Positions 1 through 10,048 of a stretch of DNA of 64,000 nucleotides are shown here, in pieces; position 1 is the first letter of the stretch; each line of letters opens with the position of its first letter. Origin of the DNA: Candidatus Zixiibacteriota bacterium (GTDB lineage: Bacteria > Zixibacteria > MSB-5A5 > GN15 > JAAZOE01); NCBI GenBank assembly GCA_043819555.1, contig JBDREQ010000020.1, positions 89,132 through 153,131 of the forward strand, given 5' to 3'. The translations under genes were made by a program, and so were the position numbers. The notes under the pieces were generated by a model, which saw nothing but the letters and a program-made list of their open reading frames with translations, searched no databases and was not told where the DNA came from.

Positions 1-2504
1 TCTTCCTGCTTCTGTGATAGGTAATTCGCATCATTGATTGCGTTGAGCATTTCCTGAGCCATTTTGCGGCCCTCTTCATCGGAAAAAGCGGCCATGATAT
101 CCTGCATTTTTTTCACCAAACCGCTCAACTTTAAAGAAGATTCTTCACCGTGAGGCGTCGCTTTATTTGCGTTTTTATAATTAAGTTCCTGCTCCATCCG
201 GTTCATATCCAAATCAGCCTGGTTATTCATAACCGCATCAGCAAAATCATTTTGCAAATCCGTGTTCTGCAATTCCGATTTCTCAATAAGATCCTTTAAT
301 TTATCAGCCTCATTTTTGAGAGCATCCATTTGGTCCTGAAGCTTATTTTCTCTGCGAGATAATCGAGGATATTCATCGTCCGATTTTAATTGCTGTGTTT
401 CGATATTGATGCGATTCTGCTCCAATAGCATCTCTTCGGCCATTTTCAGCATTGCAGCCATTTTCTGTTCAGCCTGCATTTTCTTCAGAAGTTCAACTGA
501 GCGTTCCAGCCTCTTGAGCATTTCTTCCTGAGAAACCTGAAAATCTTTCATCGCCTTTTCTATTTCTTCCGGATTCATATTCTTCAAGGCTTCGGCGAGT
601 TTGCGCATCGCTTCTTTCATTTCGGGCGTGGCGATTTCATTAAACAGCTTCTGCAGTTCCATCATTTTTTGCATTATCTGTTCTGACAGAAGATTGTTTT
701 GCTCCATCTGTTTTATCGATTCTTCCATCTGCTCGGCCATTTTTTCGATATTCTCCGCGGTCAGATTCTGCTGCTTGACCATATTTTCCAGTTCTTTTGA
801 TTTTTGCCAGTCGATTTTCTTCGCAGATTTCATCTCACGAGCCAGCTCTTTTAACTGGTCAGCCATTTCCCTCTGTTCCCGCAAAATCTTTTCCGCCTCA
901 AAAATGCGGCTTTCCTGCTGGGCGCCGGTCTCAGCGATTATCTCATCAATAGAGGGCAATCGGGCCGCAAATACTCGAGTACTGCTTGTTTTTGGACCCG
1001 AAACGACATCATTATCTGATATTTCAAAATGATATAAAATTAAATCTGAAGGCAATAAGTTAAAGCGGTCAACATCCCAGTTAAAAGCCACTTCGCCTTC
1101 GGTTGAAATATCATCCGAAAAATTGATCACCGCCACATTTTCTTCTCCTTGCTGGCCACTTGATATTATTCGATATTTCATGACCAACGAGCCAAGGCCG
1201 AAATCATCGGAAATGGAAAGATTAAATGGAATTATCATCCGATCATCGAGGTTTATATCGTATCCGGGAGAATTGACATTTATATACGGATACTCATCGG
1301 GAATAGCCGTTACCATGTACTCAATCGGATCCGGGTTAGTCTCACCATTCTTATCATACAGTCTGACGTGATAAGAAAAATCATTTTGTACGGCGAGGTT
1401 GATTTTGCCCAGAGATTTTTCAAAATCTATTGGCAAATTGATCGAATCATCCCTTATTAAATATCCGGATTCAATATTGCGATTGGCTTCAATTTCAAGA
1501 AATACGCGGCTGCCAACCAGCGCCGCGAACGATCCGTTATTTTCATCGGTAGTCAAGTCGGCCAGCGCAGTATATTCAGGTGGTTGAATAATAAGCTTCA
1601 GGCTGGTTACGCGAGGTTTCTCCACAATGTTTATGGCGTATTTATCCGATGTGATGTCACCGGCAACAATATAATAATCAAACGATCTTCTGACCTGCTT
1701 CAACGAAATGCCAAAGGGGAGGGTATCAACATGAAGATTACCGTTACCGTTAACTGAAAAATTATAAGAGTCTTCTACCGGGATTTTCTCGGATTGCCAG
1801 CGGCCGTCAGTGAATTTATAAAATATTTCAATCCTGTTCGGAAATCCGTCGCCGACTAACCGGCCCCCAATTTCAATATCCGAATATTTGACTTTTTCGG
1901 CATTACCAGGTTGAATGAAAATCGCAAAACCGGGAGGAGGCGCGATTCGGGTCGTCGGGTGCGAATAAACTTCCAGTGCATTGGAAAATATTCCCGGAGC
2001 CAAAACAGCAGTCAGTACCGCCAGGATAACCACAACTGCTCCTGAACGGATTTTTCTATATAATGGATAGCCTGAGATTATCTCGTTGAAATTAATATCC
2101 CGAGTCAGCTCAAGAGCCTGTTTGCCAGTCATATCAACAAGAGCCGGGGAGAAGTTGGTTTTTTCGAAATTAAAGTCGCGGAACTGCAAAGCGGCAACTA
2201 GCCGATTCTTCAAATTCGGGTGCTTCTGCTCAATCATCAAAGCCGCCGAAATCAAATCGCCGCCTTTTTTGACCGGTTTATACACATATCGAATAATCGC
2301 AAAAATCAAAAACCCGCATGTAATTGCCATCAAGGATAATTTCAGGAAAACCGGCAGAATGATAACCGCCGCTATCGCCGATAAGAACAACCCCAAACCA
2401 ATAATTGTTGAAATTGTAGCAACGATTCCCGCCCCGAATAGAATTACCCTGTTTTTCCGTATTGCCCCCTTCAATCGCTTTTCTAATTGAATTAGTTTCT
2501 CCAT
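1..2504 (-). CDS. DUF4175-like membrane-anchored coiled-coil protein (3' end runs off the window start)
   Basis: Not in the ORF track because it is open at the edge. I translated the two ends: ATG at 2504 reads MEKLIQLEKRLKGAIRKNRVILFGAG, then two TM helices and IEQKHPNLKNRLVAALQF; the same frame at the window edge is Q/E/K/M-rich and coiled-coil-like. Lies directly downstream of a DUF4159 gene, a usual pairing. Confidence 0.75.
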   Translation of the reverse strand, partial: MEKLIQLEKRLKGAIRKNRVILFGAGIVATISTIIGLGLFLSAIAAVIILPVFLKLSLMAITCGFLIFAIIRYVYKPVKKGGDLISAALMIEQKHPNLKNRLVAALQFRDFNFEKTNFSPALVDMTGKQALELTRDINFNEIISGYPLYRKIRSGAVVVILAVLTAVLAPGIFSNALEVYSHPTTRIAPPPGFAIFIQPGNAEKVKYSDIEIGGRLVGDGFPNRIEIFYKFTDGRWQSEKIPVEDSYNFSVNGNGNLHVDTLPFGISLKQVRRSFDYYIVAGDITSDKYAINIVEKPRVTSLKLIIQPPEYTALADLTTDENNGSFAALVGSRVFLEIEANRNIESGYLIRDDSINLPIDFEKSLGKINLAVQNDFSYHVRLYDKNGETNPDPIEYMVTAIPDEYPYINVNSPGYDINLDDRMIIPFNLSISDDFGLGSLVMKYRIISSGQQGEENVAVINFSDDISTEGEVAFNWDVDRFNLLPSDLILYHFEISDNDVVSGPKTSSTRVFAARLPSIDEIIAETGAQQESRIFEAEKILREQREMADQLKELAREMKSAKKIDWQKSKELENMVKQQNLTAENIEKMAEQMEESIKQMEQNNLLSEQIMQKMMELQKLFNEIATPEMKEAMRKLAEALKNMNPEEIEKAMKDFQVSQEEMLKRLERSVELLKKMQAEQKMAAMLKMAEEMLLEQNRINIETQQLKSDDEYPRLSRRENKLQDQMDALKNEADKLKDLIEKSELQNTDLQNDFADAVMNNQADLDMNRMEQELNYKNANKATPHGEESSLKLSGLVKKMQDIMAAFSDEEGRKMAQEMLNAINDANYLSQKQE

Positions 2505-2559
2505 GTCATCATCCCGATAAAGGCTCTTATTTTATTGACGGCAATCGGCAGGTATAAGT

Positions 2560-3285
2560 TTAGTATGCCATCGCGTAAGCCACTATATTTAATCCCATTT
2601 TCAGGGCTTTAAGTCTTTTTTCCGGCGGATCATTATGGACATGCTCGTCTTCCCAGCCATCAATAATATCAGATTCAAACAAGTAGAATAATACTATCCG
2701 CCCGTCGATTACGACACCAAGGCCGGAGGCCGGTTTGTTGTCGTGTTCGTGAATCTTGGGGGGACCGTTGGGAAAATCAAAAAACGAATGATAGATAGGG
2801 TGCTCAAAAGGGATTTCCTGCAGAGGATTGCCTGGAAATAAGTCGGCCACCGCTGTCCTGACCGATTTATCCATTCCGTAAGAATCGTTGATTAATAGAA
2901 ATCCGCCGGTTATTAAATATTGGCGCAACCGTGCCATTTCATTTTCAGTAAATTTTATCACGCCGTGTCCGGTCGCGAATAAAAAAGACGATGAAAACAA
3001 ATCATCATCCTCAATCCTGACCTGTTTTTCCTCCAGATCAACCGGCCACCCGGTTTGTTCGGATATAAAATTCAATATGTTAGTTCCCGCGGAATTCCCT
3101 AAGTACCAGTCACCTCCGCCGCCGTAATGAAGTCTCGTCAAAGTTATTGAAGAAGGATTTTGTGCTTGAACAGTCTCTGCCCGCACAAACGGATTGGTCC
3201 CCGGAATCTGCCTTAATTGATCCTGCGCCGGAATTTGCGAAACGGTCAATGCGCAGATTAACGCTGTCACTATTTGATGCTTCAT
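2560..3285 (-). CDS. DUF4159 domain protein
   Basis: Signal peptide, then RLHYGGGGDWY, FLFATGHG, LRQYLITGGFLLIND, HPIYHSFFDF, PKIHEHD, DGWED...ALKMGLNIVAYA, characteristic of DUF4159. Confidence 0.85.
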   Translation of the reverse strand: MKHQIVTALICALTVSQIPAQDQLRQIPGTNPFVRAETVQAQNPSSITLTRLHYGGGGDWYLGNSAGTNILNFISEQTGWPVDLEEKQVRIEDDDLFSSSFLFATGHGVIKFTENEMARLRQYLITGGFLLINDSYGMDKSVRTAVADLFPGNPLQEIPFEHPIYHSFFDFPNGPPKIHEHDNKPASGLGVVIDGRIVLFYLFESDIIDGWEDEHVHNDPPEKRLKALKMGLNIVAYAMAY

Positions 3286-3516
3286 ACCATTAACATTATA
3301 CTGCCAAAACCAGGAATTGATAGAAAAAAATGAGACGATTAAGGTTTTTAATTGATTTTTCCATGTATCAGAGGCATAGTTTTTCTTGCGTTCGGGTTTA
3401 TCAAATTACTAATTTAGACAATTGCCCGGGGGCATTGATTATTGATTCTGACAAGAATTCTTACCCCGGGCTTGGGTTATTACGTAATTTAAACATAAAA
3501 TACAGGGAGAGCAATT

Positions 3517-4440
3517 ATGCCATTAGCGTCATTGATTGATATGTATGCGAAGGCGAATAAGGGATATTACGCTATACCGCAATTCAATGTAAATAACCTG
3601 GAATTTATCCAGGCCGCTCTGGAAGTTTCCGAAGAAATGAAGGCTCCGGTTATTCTGGCCGCCTCAACTTCAGCCATCAAATATGCCGGTATTGACTATC
3701 TGATGGGTATGGTCAAAGCCGGCGCCGCCAATGTCTCCGTCCCGGTCGCCATGCATCTTGATCATGGCGCCACGACAGCCGACGCCAAAATGTGCATCGA
3801 CGCCGGATTCACTTCAGTTATGATTGATGCCTCCAAAGAATCACTGGACAAAAATATCTCAATCACTCAGGAAGTAATGGCTATGTCTAAGGCCAAAGGA
3901 ATTTGCGTTGAAGCCGAACTGGGCTTGTTGGGCGGCATAGAAGATGATGTCGTTGTGGATGAAAAGGATGCTTTCCTGACTAATCCTAAGGAGGCCGAAA
4001 GATTTATCAAAGAAACCGGTTGCCATGCATTGGCCATAGCAGTTGGAACCAGTCACGGGGCATATAAATTCAAACATACGCCTGAACTGGCGATGGAGCG
4101 CATAACTCAGATTAAAGAAATAACAGGAGCAGCACTCGTGCTTCACGGCGCCAGCGGTGTGCCCAAAGATTTGCTCGAACTGGCCGCCAAATACGGCGCC
4201 GAACTCCCTGGAGCGATGGGCGTCCCCGATGAAGCATATACCGAGGCTGTTAAACGGGGCATCAACAAAATTAATATTGATACCGATTTGCGCCTTGCCT
4301 TTATGAGTCACATTCGTGAATTCCTTACCAATAATCCCAGCCAGTTTGATCCGCGCAAAATATTGAAACCTGCCAAAGAAGCAATCAAAGTCCAAATGCG
4401 CAACAAAATCAAATTATTCGGCTGCGAAGGTAAAGGATAA
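3517..4440 (+). CDS. fba: Class II fructose-1,6-bisphosphate aldolase
   Basis: Motifs HLDHG, GFTSVMIDAS, VEAELG, LAIAVGTSHGAYK, LVLHGASG, KINIDTD, FDPRK; RBS GGGAG. Confidence 0.97.
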   Translation: MPLASLIDMYAKANKGYYAIPQFNVNNLEFIQAALEVSEEMKAPVILAASTSAIKYAGIDYLMGMVKAGAANVSVPVAMHLDHGATTADAKMCIDAGFTSVMIDASKESLDKNISITQEVMAMSKAKGICVEAELGLLGGIEDDVVVDEKDAFLTNPKEAERFIKETGCHALAIAVGTSHGAYKFKHTPELAMERITQIKEITGAALVLHGASGVPKDLLELAAKYGAELPGAMGVPDEAYTEAVKRGINKINIDTDLRLAFMSHIREFLTNNPSQFDPRKILKPAKEAIKVQMRNKIKLFGCEGKG

Positions 4441-4470
4441 GAATAGATTTTAATTTGAAGTATTGATGAA

Positions 4471-4499
4471 AAAATGGCGGATTCATTATCCGCCATTTT
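4471..4499. terminator. Bidirectional intrinsic terminator between fba and the omptin-like gene
   Basis: AAAATGGCGGAT-tcatt-ATCCGCCATTTT hairpin between convergent genes. Confidence 0.8.
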
Positions 4500-4510
4500 A
4501 ACATTTGCGT

Positions 4511-5524
4511 TTAAAATGTTCCGGTAATTGAAAACGTTAACGACTTCTGACTACTTTTCAAATCATAGTCTATTCCGCGTAAGAATAATCCCGTCTCATC
4601 ATCAGACGTACCCGGATCGTCTCCATAGAATTCCTGTCTTTGCTCACCCGAAGTACTTATACTCAAATATCGATAACCGAGATTAATTGAAAAATCCGAT
4701 CCATTTTGCCTTTTCCAAAATGGCCATTCGATATCTCCCGATAGAATCAAAGTCGCCCCACTACAGGTTCCTTCGCCCGTTTTCTTTCGCAGTACATGAT
4801 CATCAAAATCCCTGCCGAATGTTAGCGGAGAAAATCCTAAATTGAGATTGAGGTTTATCGGGTTAATCGCACGAATTTGGCTTTGCAGGGCCAAATAGGG
4901 AATGTGGTATGTGTATTTATTGATGAGAACAAGCGTGTCATTATATTCTTGATAGTAAACACTATCATACTGGTCATTCTCATATGTCAGATACCATCCA
5001 TCGATTCCAAACGCCTTGAAACTAAATTTCTGATACATATAACCAGCGGCAGCACTAATCGTAAATTTCGGCTTATTAGCAAGGTTAAAGGCAACATTTA
5101 TATCAATGTCCGTTGCCTTTAGAGTATTATCCGATTCAGTATAACTAAATTTTTCATCAAAATCATAAGTTAAAGATTTTAACCAATCAGAATCTAAGGC
5201 TGGTTTAGTCGGATCCTTCAAATTCGTGAAGTAGCTTAAGTTCAGTAACCACTTCAAATCCCCTTTAAGTTTTCCAATAAATGAAAGATGTCCTCCTCCC
5301 ATATATGTATCAAGTGGATATTCAATCTCACTATCAATTTGGGTTAAATCGTCAATATAAAAATATGAAAATCTCTCAGTGAATGAAAGATGCAATAACG
5401 TCGATCCCGAAGTCTTCCGACTTTCTAGTGACGCTTTAACCTTCAGGTAATCCCCAAGTATCCCCGAAGTTGCTGTTGATGAAAGAAAAAGCCCCAAAAT
5501 CGTAAGAATGATTAATCGTTTCAA
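4511..5524 (-). CDS. Omptin-family outer-membrane protease-like beta-barrel
   Basis: Likely TTG start at 5524 after GGGAGG; signal peptide; SEIEYP, LDSDW and DFDDHVLR match the OmpT catalytic DxDW and DxH motifs; C-terminal Phe. Confidence 0.7.
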   Translation of the reverse strand: MKRLIILTILGLFLSSTATSGILGDYLKVKASLESRKTSGSTLLHLSFTERFSYFYIDDLTQIDSEIEYPLDTYMGGGHLSFIGKLKGDLKWLLNLSYFTNLKDPTKPALDSDWLKSLTYDFDEKFSYTESDNTLKATDIDINVAFNLANKPKFTISAAAGYMYQKFSFKAFGIDGWYLTYENDQYDSVYYQEYNDTLVLINKYTYHIPYLALQSQIRAINPINLNLNLGFSPLTFGRDFDDHVLRKKTGEGTCSGATLILSGDIEWPFWKRQNGSDFSINLGYRYLSISTSGEQRQEFYGDDPGTSDDETGLFLRGIDYDLKSSQKSLTFSITGTF

Positions 5525-5656
5525 TTGTACCTCCCGCCTGACCTCAATCGAGATCTCAACGCCCCGATAACAGCCCCTTTCTGTTTTCATAAGAATAAAA
5601 ATAATATATAACAGATTGTCAAGTGAAGAATAGAGAATTCCCATACGTATTATGAT

Positions 5657-7042
5657 TTAATTCTTAAATGGCTCTAAATGAAGAGTTATTGATTTCAGCT
5701 CGGGTATTTCATCATGTAGTTTTTCCTGGACCCGAATAGAGACAGAGTCGGTTTTGGCCAGAGTCATTTTGCCATCAAGGCGCATATCGGCCGAAAGCGC
5801 CAGTCCGTTTTTGTGAGGCGTCAAGACAATATTATGGCAGTCTTCAACATCCTGAAACGACTCCACTATAGATTTAACTCGTCCCGCAACCCAGTCAATG
5901 TCGGGAAGCGCCCCTCCGGCCAGAGATGTATCCGATTTATAAGGCTGAGTATAGATTACGACCTTTTTCAAACCTGTAACGGTTTTATGAAGTTTTTTGG
6001 TTATTTCACCGGTCAAATTGTGAGCGTCATTAAGCGTCGTGTCGCCCGGCATTTCAATATGCATAGACACAAAATGTCCGCCTTCTTCCTCGCTGATAAT
6101 GACATGATGATTTGAGAGGCCGAATGATGAGACAATATATTGAATGGCCGATGTGATTTTTTCCGATTCAGGGGAGATCGGACGGAATGAACAGGTAACA
6201 TCTACATCTTTCATGGCCAGTCGCACATTTTCATGCAACCTGTCTTTCAATTCGCTTGTACGCGCAAAGCTTAGGGAACGGTCGACATCCAGAATTAACT
6301 CGGCAAATGTCGTCCGGCCATCGCTTCTTAATCGAATAGAATCGACTCCAATAACTTCAGGTTCAGAGGTCACTATCTTAAAAATTTTCCCTTCCGTATT
6401 CACCGGAGCCCGATCCAAAAGGACATCAATTGATTGTTTCCCCAAACGATATATGGCGGTAATAATAAACAGGGCCACACCGATAGCGGCGATGGCATCA
6501 GCCATGGGCCATCCCAAAGATACAGCCGCCAGACCAAACAAAACTACCATCGAAGAATAAATATCGGTCGAAAAATTCAGGGCGTCGGCTTCCAGCGCCT
6601 GACTTTTGTATTTTTTCGCGACTCGTCTCAAAGCTCTAACCCTGGTTATATCGATTATCATCGCCGCCACGATCACAATAAATGCCCATGGTGTCATCTT
6701 GATAATTGATTCACCCACAGCCAGTCGCCCGACCGCTTCATGAATTATCCAGATGCAGGTCACAAATAATATAATAACCTGGGCCAGCGCGGCCAGCGAT
6801 TCCACCTTAGTGTGCCCAAAATGATGATGTTGATCAGCCGGCCGATCGGATATCCGCACCGCAAAATACGTTATTATTGACCCGCCCATATCAAGAAGTG
6901 AATGCAGCGCATCGGTGAGAATAGCCAATGAACCAGTCATAAGGCCAATAATCGATTTACCGACTATCATTACAACAGCGGCCAGAATTGAATATAACGC
7001 GACCGCCCTCTTTTCATTCTTGGGGCCAGGAAAATTTATCAT
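5657..7042 (-). CDS. Cation diffusion facilitator (CDF) transporter with three tandem C-terminal dimerisation domains
   Basis: SLAILTDALHSLLD, PADQHHHFGHTKVE, ALEADALNFSTD TM core plus three repeated ZT_dimer-like domains. Start placed at the ATG at 7042 (ORF track gives 7141). Confidence 0.9.
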   Translation of the reverse strand: MINFPGPKNEKRAVALYSILAAVVMIVGKSIIGLMTGSLAILTDALHSLLDMGGSIITYFAVRISDRPADQHHHFGHTKVESLAALAQVIILFVTCIWIIHEAVGRLAVGESIIKMTPWAFIVIVAAMIIDITRVRALRRVAKKYKSQALEADALNFSTDIYSSMVVLFGLAAVSLGWPMADAIAAIGVALFIITAIYRLGKQSIDVLLDRAPVNTEGKIFKIVTSEPEVIGVDSIRLRSDGRTTFAELILDVDRSLSFARTSELKDRLHENVRLAMKDVDVTCSFRPISPESEKITSAIQYIVSSFGLSNHHVIISEEEGGHFVSMHIEMPGDTTLNDAHNLTGEITKKLHKTVTGLKKVVIYTQPYKSDTSLAGGALPDIDWVAGRVKSIVESFQDVEDCHNIVLTPHKNGLALSADMRLDGKMTLAKTDSVSIRVQEKLHDEIPELKSITLHLEPFKN

Positions 7043-7187
7043 ACGCCATGAGTCTAACATCTTTATAGCCAGGACGCAATTATTTATTGCTTGAAGTTTT
7101 ATTGAACTTTTATTAAAATAAAATAAATTCTTATTCGGCAATTAATATTGTCGAATAATTTCCGACGTTATTTTTAGAGGGGGAATT

Positions 7188-7580
7188 ATGAACTCCAAAA
7201 AAATCTTAGTTGTAGATGATGAACAAGCAATCAGATTATTAGTTTCGTCGCTTTTGCGCAAATTAGGACACAGCGCCATTATTTCCGAAAACGGTAAACA
7301 GGCAGTCGGTATTTATGAGCAATTTTCATCGGAGATAGATATTGCCATAATTGACATGCAAATGCCGGAAATGAGCGGGCCTGCAACCTATGAACGGCTA
7401 AAATCAATTGACCCTGATATCAAAGTTATTTTTTCCAGTGGTCAAATATGTGACCAGATGAATCAATTGGTCCGCGATTCCGGATGTATCTGTCTTGCAA
7501 AACCGTATAAAATGGCACAATTGACCGAGGCATTGGAAGAATTGGGTGCGTTTACAAAAATCGAAGGAAATGACGATTGA
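7188..7580 (+). CDS. Single-domain response regulator (CheY-like receiver)
   Basis: ILVVDDE, IIDMQMP, SSG, LAKPY; RBS GAGGGGG. Confidence 0.92.
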   Translation: MNSKKILVVDDEQAIRLLVSSLLRKLGHSAIISENGKQAVGIYEQFSSEIDIAIIDMQMPEMSGPATYERLKSIDPDIKVIFSSGQICDQMNQLVRDSGCICLAKPYKMAQLTEALEELGAFTKIEGNDD

Positions 7581-7583
7581 TAT

Positions 7584-9275
7584 TTATATGTTCGAAATCT
7601 CGATTTCTTTGTCAGTGATTTTCTGATTAACTGGCAAAGCAATTATGAAATTAGTACCCTGGCCCGGTATTGATTCCACCTTAATAGAACCTTTATGTTT
7701 ATCAATTATCCCCTTACACACAATAAGCCCAATCCCGTGACCCGATTCCTTTGTCGTAAATTTTTCCTTAAATAATTTACCAATTTTATTTTCCGGAATT
7801 CCGCAGCCATAATCCTTTATAGAAATTTGGATAAGATCATTGTTTGGCTTGCTTGTTGAAATTTCAATTTTCTTAATTTCCGATTCCGATAAAGCATCAG
7901 CCGCGTTATTAAGAAAATTGTAGAGAACCTGCTCGAAAAGACTGGCGTCAATTTCAGCCTCCAGAACTTCCGTATTGGTTTTGATTTCGATGTCGAGATC
8001 CCTGAATCTCTTTTGTGGCTGCAAAAATTCCACGATTCTCTCCAGGAGCGAAATTACATCGGTAATCTTAAAAACAGCAGATTTGGCTGAAGAATGATCC
8101 ATAAGATTTTTCGTGAACTGACTGATTTTATCAAGATGATTGTTTATAGATTCAGTAAACCTTTCCAATCCTTCAGTAATGCCTTTTTGTAAGCGAATAT
8201 TCATTAGTTGAAAATTAGCCATTACAACCCCGATATAATTATTCAGTTCATGGCCAATTTCAGCAGACATTTGACCGCGTGTGGCCATTTTTTCCATCTG
8301 AATGGTTTGATCCTGCAAGTATTCAAGATTTTTATAGGCTTCTCGCGCTTCATCCAATAGCTGGAAATTCTCAAGCGATATCGCCAGCTGGCTGGCAATA
8401 AAGGATAGCAGTTGTGTGTCGGTGGATTCATTCTTATTTGCGGCATCATCATTAAATAAGGTAATGAATCCCAGGATGTTACCGCCACGACACAGGGGTG
8501 CCAAAGTCGTCCCACCTGTTTCAAAGAACTGTTTAGGCAAGAAAGTATCCTGATTATTTTGAAATACTTCTGTGTCTCCCAAGGGATAATTCTCAATCGA
8601 ATTAAGGAAAATTGGTTCAGTAAATTGTCGGATATTGCTCATGTCTTCATCGGAACACTCAAAATCAATGGTTTCCGTGAACCCGACTTGATTTTCTTCC
8701 TGGTGCATAACTGTGATTTGATTGCACTTATTATTAATATAGACTGCGATTCCGAATATGGCCTTGCTTTGCACCATTGCGAATGATAATGATAGTCCAA
8801 GCAATGATGCCAAATCACCAGAAGCGTACATTTGTTTTGATAAATATGCTATTTTATTAAGCTCTTTGGATAATGCCGCCGAACTATTCCACTCCATTTT
8901 TTGGACCGCCCGGGACATCGCCTGACGAATCTCAGATAATTCAAAAGGTTTCATTATATAATCATAGGCGCCTTCCTTGATGGCCTGCTTGGCGCTATCA
9001 AGATTGGCGTAACCCGTCATAAAAATAACGCCGATAGCAGGATTAAAATGTCGAATCTCACGCGCCAATTCAATACCGTTCATATCAGGCATTCGGATAT
9101 CAGTAAGTAAAAAATCAAATTGCTTATTTTTCGCGAGTTTAATTGCTTCTGATGGCGTTAAGCAAGTAGTTATTTCATAACCTTCATCGGTCAAAGTATC
9201 TTCGATGAGACTGAGAACAATTTGTTCATCGTCTACGACGAGTATACTGGCGATTATGTCAGTATTCTCACTCAA
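7584..9275 (-). CDS. Hybrid sensor kinase (receiver-GAF-HisKA-HATPase)
   Basis: N-terminal receiver (VVDDE, TDIRMP, KPF), GAF-like middle, H-box EIGHELNN, N-box NFLNNAADA, DYGCGI, FTTKESGHGIGL. Confidence 0.93.
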   Translation of the reverse strand: MSENTDIIASILVVDDEQIVLSLIEDTLTDEGYEITTCLTPSEAIKLAKNKQFDFLLTDIRMPDMNGIELAREIRHFNPAIGVIFMTGYANLDSAKQAIKEGAYDYIMKPFELSEIRQAMSRAVQKMEWNSSAALSKELNKIAYLSKQMYASGDLASLLGLSLSFAMVQSKAIFGIAVYINNKCNQITVMHQEENQVGFTETIDFECSDEDMSNIRQFTEPIFLNSIENYPLGDTEVFQNNQDTFLPKQFFETGGTTLAPLCRGGNILGFITLFNDDAANKNESTDTQLLSFIASQLAISLENFQLLDEAREAYKNLEYLQDQTIQMEKMATRGQMSAEIGHELNNYIGVVMANFQLMNIRLQKGITEGLERFTESINNHLDKISQFTKNLMDHSSAKSAVFKITDVISLLERIVEFLQPQKRFRDLDIEIKTNTEVLEAEIDASLFEQVLYNFLNNAADALSESEIKKIEISTSKPNNDLIQISIKDYGCGIPENKIGKLFKEKFTTKESGHGIGLIVCKGIIDKHKGSIKVESIPGQGTNFIIALPVNQKITDKEIEISNI

Positions 9276-9678
9276 TTGAGACTCTCCGTACTCGGCAAAT
9301 TTGAGATATTATCTTCCTGAGTTCATCCAAATCAAAAGGTTTTTGCAGGCAACACAATGCACCTTCCGCTGTTGCACTGGCGGCCAATTTATCAGGAAAA
9401 CTATCGGTCAAAACAATCTTTGAATGAGGCTTTATGGCCATGAGTTCTCGCACTACTTCCAATCCATTTTTGAGAGGCATATGCACATCAGAAATAATTG
9501 CATTATAATCCTGAGCTATGGCTTGATTCAATCCGATCTCCCCGTTTTCCGCCGTATCGACCTGATATCCATCATCGGACAATATATCTAAAAGAAGATT
9601 TCTCATTATCGGTGAATCATCAATAACAAGAATTCTTAAGTTCTTAAAACCGGTCAAATTGTCCTCTTGCTTACCCAT
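9268..9678 (-). CDS. Single-domain response regulator
   Basis: ILVIDDS, SDVHMP, QKPF; start likely the ATG at 9678. Confidence 0.9.
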   Translation of the reverse strand: MGKQEDNLTGFKNLRILVIDDSPIMRNLLLDILSDDGYQVDTAENGEIGLNQAIAQDYNAIISDVHMPLKNGLEVVRELMAIKPHSKIVLTDSFPDKLAASATAEGALCCLQKPFDLDELRKIISQICRVRRVSIE

Positions 9679-9680
9679 AT

Positions 9681-10043
9681 TTAACTTTCGAAACATTTTC
9701 TCACTTCATCACGCAACTGAACGATCGTAAAAGGTTTCGCCAGAAAACCGATAGCTCCCAGACGAACGCATTCACTGGCAATATTCAATGATGTATAACC
9801 GGTTATCACCATAACCGGTAATTCTGAATTAAACTCTTTCGCATACTTTATGACTTCTTCACCGCCCTTTTTGGGCATCTTGATGTCGGTAATTATCAAA
9901 TCAGGATTGAATTGAGGAATTTTGTCAATGGCATCTTGTCCATCAATTGCCTGACAAATACTATAATCCTCAAGCACTTCGGCAACGAATTCGCGAATTA
10001 TTTCTTCATCATCTACAATAAGAATTCGGGCTGTTTGATTCAT
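9681..10043 (-). CDS. Single-domain response regulator
   Basis: ILIVDDE, TDIKMP, VITG, AKPF. Confidence 0.92.
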   Translation of the reverse strand: MNQTARILIVDDEEIIREFVAEVLEDYSICQAIDGQDAIDKIPQFNPDLIITDIKMPKKGGEEVIKYAKEFNSELPVMVITGYTSLNIASECVRLGAIGFLAKPFTIVQLRDEVRKCFES

Positions 10044-10048
10044 GAATT

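Noticed and set aside
601..2490. Several plus-strand ORFs in the track (601, 1123, 1399, 2086)
   Set aside because: Antisense shadows of the long minus-strand DUF4175-like gene; the same applies to most short ORFs nested within larger genes.
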